Assembly: GCA_965153455.1 (NCBI GenBank)
Contig: OZ234494.1
Location: forward strand, 10,106,001 to 10,170,000
Direction of reading: 5' to 3'
DNA: 64,000 nt
Source: Sphagnum compactum
Lineage: Eukaryota
Part shown: in pieces, positions 40,501 through 51,399 of the stretch
How the letters are laid out: each line of letters begins with the position of its first letter
How positions within the stretch are numbered: position 1 is the first letter of the stretch
Translations under genes and position numbers: made by a program
The notes under the pieces: generated by a model
What the model saw: only the letters and a program-made list of their open reading frames with translations
Databases searched by the model: none
Told to the model about the DNA's origin: nothing

Positions 40501-42818
40501 ATAGTTGGAAAGTTCTCAACAAGGGCTAGAACTTTGCTTAAGACCTCACCTTAATCGAAGGTCTGCACAAGAAATTATGAACATCAAAAGATTTGGGAGT
40601 CTTAATTTTTGGAATTTCGGGACTCCCAATTTGCGAGTCCCATGACAAAATAACATTTGGGTGCAGCCCTCATGACTAATCACAAATAATACTATAAAAA
40701 GGGAGGTGGTGGCTTCCCCCAAGTCCGGGCCGTGGTGAGTCTTGTGAACCCACGTATGCTCATAGTTCATTTGTGCACCAAAAGTGTTCCAACTATGCAT
40801 TAACCAACTTGTTGTTTGGTTTGTGTAGGTTCGTGTGAATAGTTGACCCATTTGTCATTCGTTCTAGTCCCCATCCCGGAGCTTTAGCACGTCCTTATTA
40901 CCTTCGAAGTGCTACAAGCTAGGAAGTGTACCCCAATTATTTCTTCCATTGTTTTCACATTCGGATTCCCATTCCATTCTTTCAAGGAGTTTGGGGGTGT
41001 GTCATTTTTTTTAGTTGTAAATGATTTTTTAAAGTTGTGAATGCCACATGTAATTTCTACTAGTGTTTAATTGCCTTGGACAAGTTGCACAAAATTTTAG
41101 TTGCAAAAGATGTGATGGGGCACCTAATTGAAAAATTAATCACATCAAAGTATGTTTAACACCAACTTTTCATCCAGCCAACATGACATGGTCATGTTTA
41201 CAACTAAATTTTGTAATTTCATATGTTTATATGGCATAATCATTTGTGATTAGTTTTATAACTAAAATATGGCTTAAACATTTCAATTTTTTTACTGCTA
41301 AAATGTTGACACGTGACAAGTTCCAAATTGAAAAAATGGCATCATGTGTCCTGCTTAAATTAGCCTAAGTTAAACCACCTAACCTAAAAGCTTAGAGGCT
41401 AACCTAACATGGGTTAAGTAGGTTAACTAAATGCATTCAAGTAGGTTGCAAGTGTGAGGATTTGAACCTTCACCTTCACATTAAAAATCAAGATTTTAAT
41501 AATTACATCATTTTTTCAACAATTGATCATTTTTGTCATTACATCATTATGAACATTTTTTCTTATTCTATTTATGTGACATAACCTACATTTTCTAATT
41601 ATTTAATTACCTTCGACCACTGTAAATTATTATAAACTATTTAACCCTAAATCATTTTAAGTTATTTTTTACTATTCTATCTTAGGTTATTCTAGGTTAT
41701 TCTACCCTTAAGTTGTAGATTCTACCTTAAGCTATTCTTGGCTATTATTCTACAAACCTTGAAAAGGTTATTTCTATTTAACTCCAAATGGTGTGCAAAA
41801 CATATAAGGTGCAACTTATTGAAATATATATATAATTAATTTACTTAAATGTAAATAAGGTGCCTATAATTCATTATGAGGATATACTTAAAAATTATCT
41901 AATTCTTATTTTAAGATATACCTAAAATCTGTTCAAAATATGCCATTATTTCATAGCGAGCTAAAAAAATCCCTTTATTTCAAATGTTTTTAAAAATATA
42001 TAAGTGGTGATTTCTTCAAGCCTTGGGATATTTTAGGCTATTGTAGATTATTTGAATTTAAGTTATTTTAAGTTGTTCTACCTTAGGTTACTTAATTTGG
42101 GTATTTTACTTTAAGTTGCTCTTCATTATTTTTGGTTATTATAACCTAAGCTATTATTGATTATTTTAGGTTATTCTACTCTAGGTTATTCTAAGTTATT
42201 TTAAATTATTTTAAGTTATTATACTTTAAGTATCCTAGGACATCTATAAATATTTTAATATAATTTGCTTGAAGTTATTTTAGGTCATTCTACCTTAAGT
42301 TAATCTTGGTTATTTTACCTTGCATTATTTTAGGCTATTTAACCATAGTAAAAATGTCCATTCATAAAACTACATTATTGTAGTAGTGTGCTTAAACTAT
42401 TTAAGGTACATAATGGTGTACCTAAAGGTTACCCAAACTATTAAAGGTACATAGGGGCTACTTAGGTTGAAGCTAGTTGATGCATGCATTAACATATATA
42501 AATTTACATGTATATAGTCGTAATTCAAATTGCATTGAATGCCACATGTTCAATCACCTATAATTACATTATTAATCACAAAAATAATTAAATTTTCATT
42601 TGATGTTAAACACCATTAGTTGTAAATGATATGAATGCATGTTTCATCTTCATTTTCATCCAAATCACATGTAGTTGCAAATCATAATCACATGTGTGAC
42701 TACAAGTCGTTTTTACCATGGTGCCATGTAGGGTAATTGCATTGGTAGTCACAAAAATGGTTGATTTGGACACAAGTTGTAAATACATGGGTTGGTATGG
42801 ACATGATTCCTTGTAGTG
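37595..42818. mobile_element. Nested CACTA-like / AT-rich insertions splitting the old Gypsy copy
   Basis: CACTACAATGG at 37595 and 37873, and TAGTG ends at 42388 and 42818. The interior is AT-rich with short tandem TTATTCTACCTTAAG-like repeats (~41640-42350). No matching 3-bp TSD found, so boundaries are uncertain. Confidence 0.4.
40089..41004 (+). mobile_element. Solo LTR (TGTCAC...GTGTCA), same family as 46285-47104
   Basis: TG...CA ends. Reverse-complement similarity to 46285-47104 (e.g. GGTGGTGGCTTCCCCCAAGTCCGGGCCGTGGTGAGTC). Flanks ATTTT/TTTTT. Confidence 0.75.
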
Positions 42819-42849
42819 TACTTGCAATAGTTGTTGATGCACATGGAGT

Positions 42850-43200
42850 CATAATGCCCCATGTGATGGAAACATAATTTGGTGATTAGTATACTTGTCA
42901 TTATTTGATCTACTCTTTATGGGCATGCTAGAATTCACGATATTTGTCCATTGGCAACCCTTAATAGTGTTGGGAAAACCCCTTCCATGCCATGAAAGGT
43001 GTAAACATATGGGGATTGGAAATCTATTACATATCATAATAGGTATCAAACTTTTGGATGAAGTTGTTGAGTTTGATGGTGCCAATTGCATTAGAAAACC
43101 AACATGGCCCATTGGTGGTTCTAAACATTTCATCCCTATCCCATAATAATGGAATAACAATGCAGTCTAGCCAATCTTTCAGAATTGGATCTAAATTCCC
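42850..43200 (-). mobile_element. gag remnant of the old related Gypsy element, into which the young copy inserted
   Basis: Reverse strand GGCACCATCAAACTCAACAACTTCATCC...GATATG...GCATGGAAGGGG aligns to 44926-45030 (GGCACCATCAAGTTGGAGGACTTCATTC...GATATG...GCATGGAAGGGA). Confidence 0.8.
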
Positions 43201-43398
43201 TAAAAGATGTTGATGGCATCAATGGTCAAAATCACGCCCCTCAACTTGTATACCCAAATGTTGATGTTGTTTATGCTTGAAAAAAGCTCATGACACTTCT
43301 ATAATGGATGTTAAACTGGTAACATTAGGTGCCCCAAATGAATCTTGTATCTTGTTGTCCAAACCTTAATTCCTAAGCAATGTTGAACCTATGGGCTT

Positions 43399-43713
43399 TG
43401 TCATGACCATATGTGTGTTAGCTATAACATATAGTGTGCTATGGTAGCAAGTAGTGCCTACTTAGGGTTTTTAGGTTTAGGGCTAGAGGAAAGTGGCTCT
43501 TCTGGTAGGACCCACCCTCATGTTGTGAGTGGGGGTATAAAGTGTGAGAGAGGGCTCAGTTGAGCCTAAAGCGTTGGGAGTAATTGGAGTTAGTGGAGCT
43601 TTGAGCTATGGTGTCCCGTTAGCATTGGCTTAAATTCTCTAAGTGGAGTGGGCTTGGTTTGACTGTATGTGTTTACATCACGAGTTTTATGATAGTAGAT
43701 CTTTCTCGTGACA
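43399..43713 (+). repeat. Terminal repeat A1 (315 bp)
   Basis: Direct repeat of 52928-53260. TGTCATGA...TCGTGACA, TATAAA at 43536-43541. Lacks 18 nt present in A2. Confidence 0.95.
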
Positions 43714-43718
43714 TTTTC

Positions 43719-43739
43719 ACTCAAAAAACTATGTTTTTT
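43719..43739 (+). promoter_or_regulatory. Putative self-priming primer-binding site
   Basis: Starts 5 nt after A1 and does not begin with TGG. CAAAAAACTATGTTTTTT (43722-43739) is 17/18 complementary to A2 53087-53104, which lies just downstream of the TATA box. Confidence 0.7.
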
Positions 43740-44816
43740 GGGAGTAGTTAAACCGTGGGGGTTTTGTGATCTTGCTCTCTGGTTGTGTGGCCGAATTGGG
43801 AGTGGGTGGTGTCAAAAGGAGCGCCTTGGCGAGAGCTTTTCAACACACCAAAGAATGTTGGATTTTGTTCAGCGGATCAAAAGTTATGATCATTTGAAGT
43901 TGCTAGTTTAGGGTTTGACAGTTTTTAGTGACGGTTTACCAGCAACGTTAATTTCTCAGATAAGTAGAAATTTCCTTGAAAAAAATTGCTGAAAATTGGT
44001 AGGAGTGTAGCTAGAAAGTCGATCTACAATCTGACAAAGACAGATTGTGTTTTCATTGAACGGTTTATACGTTATGTTTGTTTTTGTGGTGATGTTTTTT
44101 TCTGGTTTGTGCACACCTAGTGCAGAAGCACTGTCGGATTTTTAGCTAAATAACTAGGGAAGATCATGTGCTGCAATTTTTTGAAGTTGTTGCTTGAGGG
44201 CTGAATTACATATGGGAATTGTTTGGGATTTTTTTGGTGGAGCCAATTGGGAGTATTGACCTTCGAAAGTTCTCAAGTTTGTGTAGATTTATGCCCAGGT
44301 TTTTTTCAGCAGTTTTTCATAGGTCATATCTCGGCATACAAACCTTTTTTTCAGTCGAGTTTTGGAGAGAAGGAAGATCTAGTTGTCCTTTACATTCTGG
44401 CCGAAGTAAATTGGCATTTGGTGTAGGAACGGTGGAGATATGGTTGTTTGAGTGCTCGCTGCCCAATTTCGCAACTTTTGGCTATGGCGGATTAAGGATT
44501 TCGCCGGAAATTGAGCTTTTGGCTAGTGGGGAGCACATTTTTTGACTTGTTGTGGTGGGCCGGTTGGACGAGTTGAGCCGCTACTCAGCTAGGTGGTTGA
44601 GTTGAGTATTCGTTTCTGGTAGCAAATCGGGCACGAGGTCGACGGTATTTAGTGGTGATTCAATTTGGGTACTGGGTTTGGTGATTGGGTCATCACGGAG
44701 CAGTTTGGTGGTCCTGTGAGGGACCATGGTGGAAATGGTGGAGTTACACGTAGTGGGTTGAGGTATTGACTACCTTCCCCCACATCATCGGTTGTTGAGG
44801 AGGACGAGGTTATCAT

Positions 44817-47552
44817 GAATAACAAGTTTTCCATATTACCGTCTAGTATTGCGGCCCCATTGATTTGGGATATGGACGGGGGTTCTGGGGCCATGAAGGG
44901 CCCCCGACGTTACTCAGGTGCAGTGGGCACCATCAAGTTGGAGGACTTCATTCACGAGTTTGATTATTGGTGTGATATGTAGATGTTACGTAACGCCAGA
45001 TTGTTCTCACCCTTCTTGGCATGGAAGGGATTGTTTCAGCACTTGGAGGGTCCTCCGATGGATGATTATCATGAGTTTCGGAGAGATCATGCTACTGAGA
45101 TTGAGGAGTGGAGGCAGCATTGGTCTCCATCCTATGTATCTATTACTCACGGTGGTGTTGTTAGTGATGGTATTACTACACCGTCTACTCCTAGTACGAG
45201 CACACATGTTATTCCCCCACCTCTATTTAACCCTATCACGGAGTTCTTTTTGAGGCTGAAGAAGAACTACCAGGCGGTGAAGACGGAAAAGTTGAAGAGT
45301 CTTCAGGAATTTGAGCGGAAGATTAATGAGAGTCTTCGCGAGGCATACACTCGTATGCGACGGTTGATTGCAGTTACCCAGGGGGTGACGGAGGCTCAGG
45401 CATTTCAATTTTGGTATGGATTCTAGATAAGGAGTTGCAACAGAGAGCACGTGATGTGACTCTCATGAGTGACGATTTTCCCACATCGGCCCATGTGTTT
45501 GCTTTGTCTGAGAAGATAGAGCTTAACATGGTGGAGGAGAGGGTGGTGACATCTGGATTCAATAGGGATATAGTTACTACTTCTCGTGGACAGCAGTCCA
45601 CCTCACAACCTCGTACTAGTGGAGGTGGGAGTCGTGGAGGTCAGGTACGACCTCAGTCAGGTTCTGGAGGGACGGGTGCACAAAGACCATTGCCTTCATT
45701 CGCTAGTCAACAGCAAGGACAGTCTTGTTGGACATGTGGTGGTGCTCATATTCGGAGGGATTGTCCACAGGAGAGTGGAGGACAGACTTTGGCTGATGGA
45801 TCTCAGTCGGCACAAGTTTAATGTGATAACTGTGGTCGGGTCAGCCACCCTCGTGAACGTTGTTTTGACCTTTACCCAAAATTGAGATTAGGTCGTGGTG
45901 GAGCGGCTCAAAGAGGTCGTGGTGGTAGAGGTGGTAGAGGTGGTGGGGGTGGTAGAGGTACACCAACACTTAGGGCACCTCCCATGATCACTCCTCACCC
46001 TACGACAGAGGCAGCTATGGCTGCTAGGATTGAGCAGTTGGAGCAAAGGCTTGCTACCATGGCAAGTTTCCAACATCGATCACATTCCAGAGGTGAGGTT
46101 CCCACATCTTATGGGGGAGATGATCTCTTTTATATGGCTAGTGTAGCACAAATTGAGGCATCCGTTGCAATGACGAGAGGCGTCACTCGAGCTCGGAGCC
46201 ACATGGGGCAATTGTGGGGTTGGATCCACAGAGGGGTGAAGCTGGTAGACAGGCTAGGCTTCCCCAATCATTCTTGTTGTCTGATGACGCGCTCCCCAAG
46301 TCCCTTGTTGAACCCACTTGAAGGTCCAACTACGTTGAGTTGCGGAAAGTTGGGACTTGAGGGCCGCTCCCGACTTCCAGCACTAAAGAGGGGTAGAGGG
46401 GCGTGCTAGAAGTCCCGGGATTAGACTAGGAAGAGGACAAGCTTTTCACCTACTCAAATCTACATCAAAACCAACCCCAAGTTGGTTAGAACTCATTCTG
46501 CACCCTTTTGGTGTTGGGACAAGCCACGGGTTAACTCGGACTCACTTGACTCACCACGGCCCGGACTCGGGGGAAGCCACCACCTTCCCCCATATAGTAT
46601 ATTCTGTGTCTCACCGCGGAGGCTACATCCGAATGGCTCTTTTTCCCGGGACTCCCAAGTTGGAGTCCCGAAACTGTCCCGGGTTGGAGTCCCGGAACTT
46701 TGGGAGCTCATATCTCCCGGCTTCGACCTCTGATTGGAGTGAGGTCTCAACCAAAGTTGTAGCTCTCCTCGAGAGCTCTTCAAAACCATGTTGCATTCCT
46801 TCAGGCAACGTCGGGAAAGGGTCGATTCCCGACTTTTAGTGGTCGGGAGTCAAACTGCCAGTTTGACTCCCGGCCCTTCTTTTGCCCATAACTTGGGCTG
46901 CAGATGTCCAAATGGCCAATGCGAGGGCATTTTAGACATTTACACTTCAAGACCTTTCCATTTATATAAAGAACACCTCAAGGCAAGGTGTTTTGACCCC
47001 TTGTAATCGCTTCTGAGTTTTCGGGAGTCCCGGAGGACTCCAACTTCCCACTTTTGGGAGTGTGGGCTTCACCCTCACACTTAGCCAGAAGTGGGGTTGC
47101 GACATTTGAAGTGGTTAGGACTCCTTCCATGGTTCCTACTCCGCCTATTGAGCCAACAGTGGGGCCAACAGCATCGACATCACATGTAGTGGACATTGAT
47201 GTATCATCGAGTGCATTGTCGCGGATGGTGACTTCAGTGTTGGGATCCCCAACATTTTCGGCTAATGATTTGATGGCGTCAGGAGTTGACTTAACTCGTG
47301 TATTTCGACTAGCAGCCACATTGTGTGAACCTGGGAGTGTTGTTGCTACAAGTGCCGAGGTGTGTGAGGGTGTTGATGTGGGGCAACTTGTGGCAGGGGA
47401 TGTTGTTGTGGAGCAATTCGTGGTATCAGGTGTGGATAGTCCTTGGCAGGCAGCGGCGATTAAGATGGATGCATTACAAGCTCGACCAGCCATCGATCGT
47501 GAGAGGCTTACACCTAGTGTATGTATGTTGGATAATCGGAGTGGTATTTTCT
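44817..47552 (+). pseudogene. gag region (two CCHC zinc knuckles, RGG-rich tract), interrupted by a solo LTR
   Basis: Capsid-like ...KLKSLQEFERKINESLREAYTRMRRL; CWTCGGAHIRRDC and CDNCGRVSHPRERC; RGRGGRGGRGGGG. In-frame stops and frameshifts. Confidence 0.85.
46285..47104 (-). mobile_element. Nested solo LTR with 5-bp TSD
   Basis: Minus strand TGTCGCAACC...GCGCGTCA. Flanks TCTGA (46280-46284) and TTTGA (47105-47109). Removing it restores the host frame ...PQSFLLS-EVVRTPSM.... Confidence 0.9.
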
Positions 47553-47554
47553 AG

Positions 47555-47878
47555 TTGGTGAGTCCTACGGGCCAGGTGTATAGACCAGATCGGGTTTTGT
47601 TGGATTCTGGTGCCCAACCCTTGATGTTGGGGAAGGCAGCATGTATTGGTTTGGGTATTCGGAGGTCAGAGCTTGAGCCGTGCCCATTCCAAATTCAGAC
47701 ATCACTTGGTGGAACCAGTGATAGGTCTAACTTCATGACACGTGAGAGATTGTTGGTGCAAATGAAACCGAATCATGTGACAGATAGCTCTAGGTTGGGA
47801 GTGACTGTTATTGTTACAGCAGCTGAGTCGTATGATGTACTAGTTGGAGGTGTCGTGTTGTATCCGATGGGTTTCTAG
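47555..47878 (+). pseudogene. Retroviral-type aspartic protease domain
   Basis: VLLDSGAQPLMLG active-site motif and YDVLVG C-terminal motif. Confidence 0.9.
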
Positions 47879-48329
47879 ATGGATTATTGGACAGAGACAA
47901 CGACTTATCGACCTGGTTGGCAGTCTGGGGATGGACGGATGAGCCACGTGCCTGTGAGATTTATTTCTGGGGTTCGACCAGGAGGGTCTCCCCCAGAGGT
48001 GTTCGCATCAGTTGCTGGTTTTAGTGGAATGGTCACTTGGCCAGGTGACTTGTTGGAGGGCAACATTTCAGCCATTGACACTTCGGTCTACGAGGATATA
48101 GAGGAGGTTTCTAGCTTTGTTGCAGCAGTGTCCTCCTCATTGGATGTTCCACTTTGGCGTTTGAGTGGGGTGTTACGGCAGGATGCCGATTGTTTGGTAT
48201 CACAGGCTTGGCGTGAGGCTTTTGTGCCTGTGGAGGAGGAGGAGGTTCCACAACGGACTCCTATTTTTCGTCCTGTTGGGTTGTCTCCATTGGATACTAC
48301 ACCCATTGCGTGGGAATATCCTTCCGAAG

Positions 48330-49265
48330 GTATTTGCGTGTTGGATCTATTTGGTGGGATCAGCACTGGTTTGGCAGCAGTGCTTCAAGTGGGTATTCTA
48401 GTTTGGAAGTACTTTTACGTGGAGAAAGATGAGACCGCGAGGAGGGTTTCATCGCTCCATCTTGCATTATTGATGCGGCGATATCCTGAGTTGTTGCCGA
48501 GGTCGGCTATTTGAGGATATCAGCGAGCTTTGCCATCAAACATTGCATTGTTTGGGGCGCAAGACTTTGCGAGAGTTGGTCCTATTAATTTGGTGATTGC
48601 TGGATGGCCATGCCAGGGTCATATTTGGGCTGGTCGTGGTGAGGGATTACGTGACCCTCTCGTATGTTTTGGGAGATGTTGCGGGTGTTACATCATCTTC
48701 AAACACATCAGGCACGTGTTCCCGCGTACATTCTGGAGAATGTACCTTTGTTGGGTGATTCTAGGTCTCATGTGATGGCAAGTGTACACCAAATCTGGTC
48801 TTGGATTGGACCAACGGTTTTATTGGATGCAACGAGGGTTGGCTCACGTGCTCATCGTCCCCGATTGTGGTGGACGAACTTGTTGTCGAGGGAGGTGTTG
48901 AAACGGGCATATGAGACAGTACCACGATCTTCTCAACTCATAGTGGATAGTATCTTAGATATTGGGCGATGTTCTCAGGTGGTGAAAGTTGTTGATAGGT
49001 CACCCATGGCAGTGGTGAATTGAGTGGGACAGCCTAGGATGGCGTTACCCACATTTGTCAATTTTCCAGCATCACATGCCTATAGAGAGGGTGGTCCTGG
49101 GCTTGTATGGGATAGTTCTTTGCAGTAATTGGTGGAGCCCAACGTCAATGAGAGAGAGTGTGCAATGGGTTTCTTACAGGAGTGACATTTGTCCCTTTTA
49201 TTTCCGAGGCTTCACGTCAACACGTGTTGGGTCAAGCTATGGACCTGAATTGTTTGACTTGGATT
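48330..49265 (+). pseudogene. C5 cytosine DNA methyltransferase domain, DNMT3-like, embedded in pol
   Basis: Motif I VLDLFGGI, II YVEKD, IV IAGWPCQG (catalytic Cys), VI YILENV, VIII LDATRVGSRAHRPRLWWTNL, IX ERECAMGF and X RQHVLGQAM, in canonical order. A few stops and two frameshifts. Confidence 0.92.
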
Positions 49266-49569
49266 GTTAGCCTTGGTATGGCTGAGCAGCGTCGGCTCAG
49301 AGCCACATTTGTAGTAGTTACACCTCTTGTGAGCTCGCTGTCCACCGTGACGGTAGAAGCATCGACTGGGGGCGAGAAAAGTTGTACATTTCATCCTTGG
49401 AGTACATGGGATGTGTTGGGAGAGCATGTGAAGGTTGTGGCCCATGCTGTTGGAGGAGTTTGTTGCTCCATTGGTGTTCCATTGGGTGACTTGGAGGAGT
49501 GTGTGGCTTTTCCCAAGGTTTTTGCATAGCAACCCATGGCGTCGTCCTCTTCCTCTAGTGTGTCTATCG

Positions 49570-50960
49570 AGGAGACTTGGGAGCCTTTGATGGGGCCCAA
49601 GCTAATAGGAGGAGAAAGGCGACGGTTGATGCAATTCCTAAGAGCTTACAGGAGTTGTTTTGCCTTTAGTATGAAGGAGTTGGGTGCTTTGATTGGACTT
49701 GGTATACGGATTGAGTTGGCTAGTGACACGCCAATCTTCCGTTGTCCTTATAGATATAGTGATATGGAGAGGGACCTGATTCGGAGTCAGACGTTGGATC
49801 TATTAGAGGCTAGATTAGTGGAGTTGTCGCATGGTGAGTATGCATCAGCCACTGTCATGCCTGCCAAAAAGGATGTACATGGCAACTATTCAGATAGGCG
49901 GATGTGTGGAGACTACCGTCCTATCAATTGGCAGACTAAGTTCGATAAGTATGCCATGCCTACACCTGAAAAGATCTTGATGTGTGGGACATGCGAAGGT
50001 TTTTAGTACACTTGATCTTCGAGCAGGGTACCATCAGTTGCCGATTTGAGAGGAGGACAACGCCAAGACCGCATTTTGGGGCATCAACTCTCACGGCAAG
50101 GATTGTTTGTATCAGTGGAAGTTCTTACCCTTTGGGTTGAAGAACGCGCCTGCCGAGTTTCAACGTGTGATGGATAGGATCTTAGCAGGGTTGGATTTTG
50201 TCCGGTGTTATATCGATGATATTGTGGTATATAGTGATATCGTGGAAGAGCACCAAATTCATCTACAAATTGTGTTTGAGCGGTTGAAGGCTCATGGTCT
50301 TCGTTTACATCCTGGGAAGTGTAAGTTTTTCCAGGAGAGTGTGGAGTATCTGGGTCATGTGATCTACACAGGTGGTTTGGGAATGCAACAAGCCAAGGTG
50401 GAGGCTATTGCACGTATTCCGCGTCCCACGGATGTGAGTAGGGTTCGTGCTTTCATGGGATTGACGAACTACTATCGCAGGTATGTCAAAGGCTTTAGTG
50501 CGATGGCAAAGCCTTTGAACATGTTGAAGTTGGATCAGGAGTGGCAGTGGGGTGATGAGCAGGAGCGAGCTTTTGTGGAGCTCAAGACTAGGTTAGTTGC
50601 AGCTCCCATCTTGAGGAGACCTATTAAGGGGCGTCCATTCCAGCTACACATTGATTGGAGTATGTTGGGACTTGGAGCGGTGTTGACACAGTGTGATGAT
50701 GAAGGGAAGGAGTTTGTGGTGGCCTATGCGAGTCGTTCGAACAATGCAGTGGAGTCACGCTATAGTTCTTACGAGGGAGAGTGTTTGGCAGCGGTGTGGG
50801 CTGTTGCACACTTCAGGTGTTACTTGTTTGGCACACAGTTTACCCTTGTCACTGATCACTAGCCGCTCAAGTGGTTGATGGAGTTCGATAAATTTACAGG
50901 AAAGCTTGCACGGTGGGCTCTCATCTTACAGGAGTATGACTTCCAGGTGGTGCATAAACC
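49570..50960 (+). pseudogene. Reverse transcriptase and RNase H
   Basis: RMCGDYRPIN, LPFGLKNAPAEFQR, YIDDIVVYS, KCKFF, LHIDWS, YSSYEGECLA, TDH, WALILQEYDF. Confidence 0.97.
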
Positions 50961-51399
50961 TGGAGTTACAAACCTCGATGCCAATGGATTGAATCGAAAC
51001 CCATGCACTAGCCAAGAGGATAATACTGGACTAGATGGCATGGCGAGGTTGATGAGGAGATGGTGCCAGGTTGGCATGCATCGGCCTTTTTGTGCTTGTT
51101 GGGTGTGGACTCTAGTATGGAGGGCCACGTGACATCTTACTCTAGTCAAAGGGTAGATGGCCAGTCTTCAGATCCTGAGGTTGGGGATGGTAGCATCGGT
51201 CACCATGATGTTCATGATGATACATTAGTGTTGGAGTTTTTACGAACCAGTATGGTGTCAGGCATGGTGAGTGCTAAGGAAAGAGACCGTGTTCTCCAAC
51301 GAGCTAAGAGGTATCGGTTGGAGGGGACACATATACTCCGAGTGTGGGAGGATGGTAAGGTACGGATTGTACCACATCCAGACCAGAGAAGGCGTATTG

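Noticed and set aside
41640-42350. Short repeats here and at 60950-61290 as CRISPR-like arrays
   Set aside because: Degenerate contiguous AT-rich units without unique spacers, in a eukaryotic context with no cas genes.
46482-47006. Several ORFs inside the nested insertion
   Set aside because: They lie in a GC-rich solo LTR and show no protein motifs.
48330-49265. Host DNMT3/DRM gene or bacterial contamination
   Set aside because: It is intronless, colinear with protease and RT inside the terminal repeats, and repeated at the same position in a second copy.
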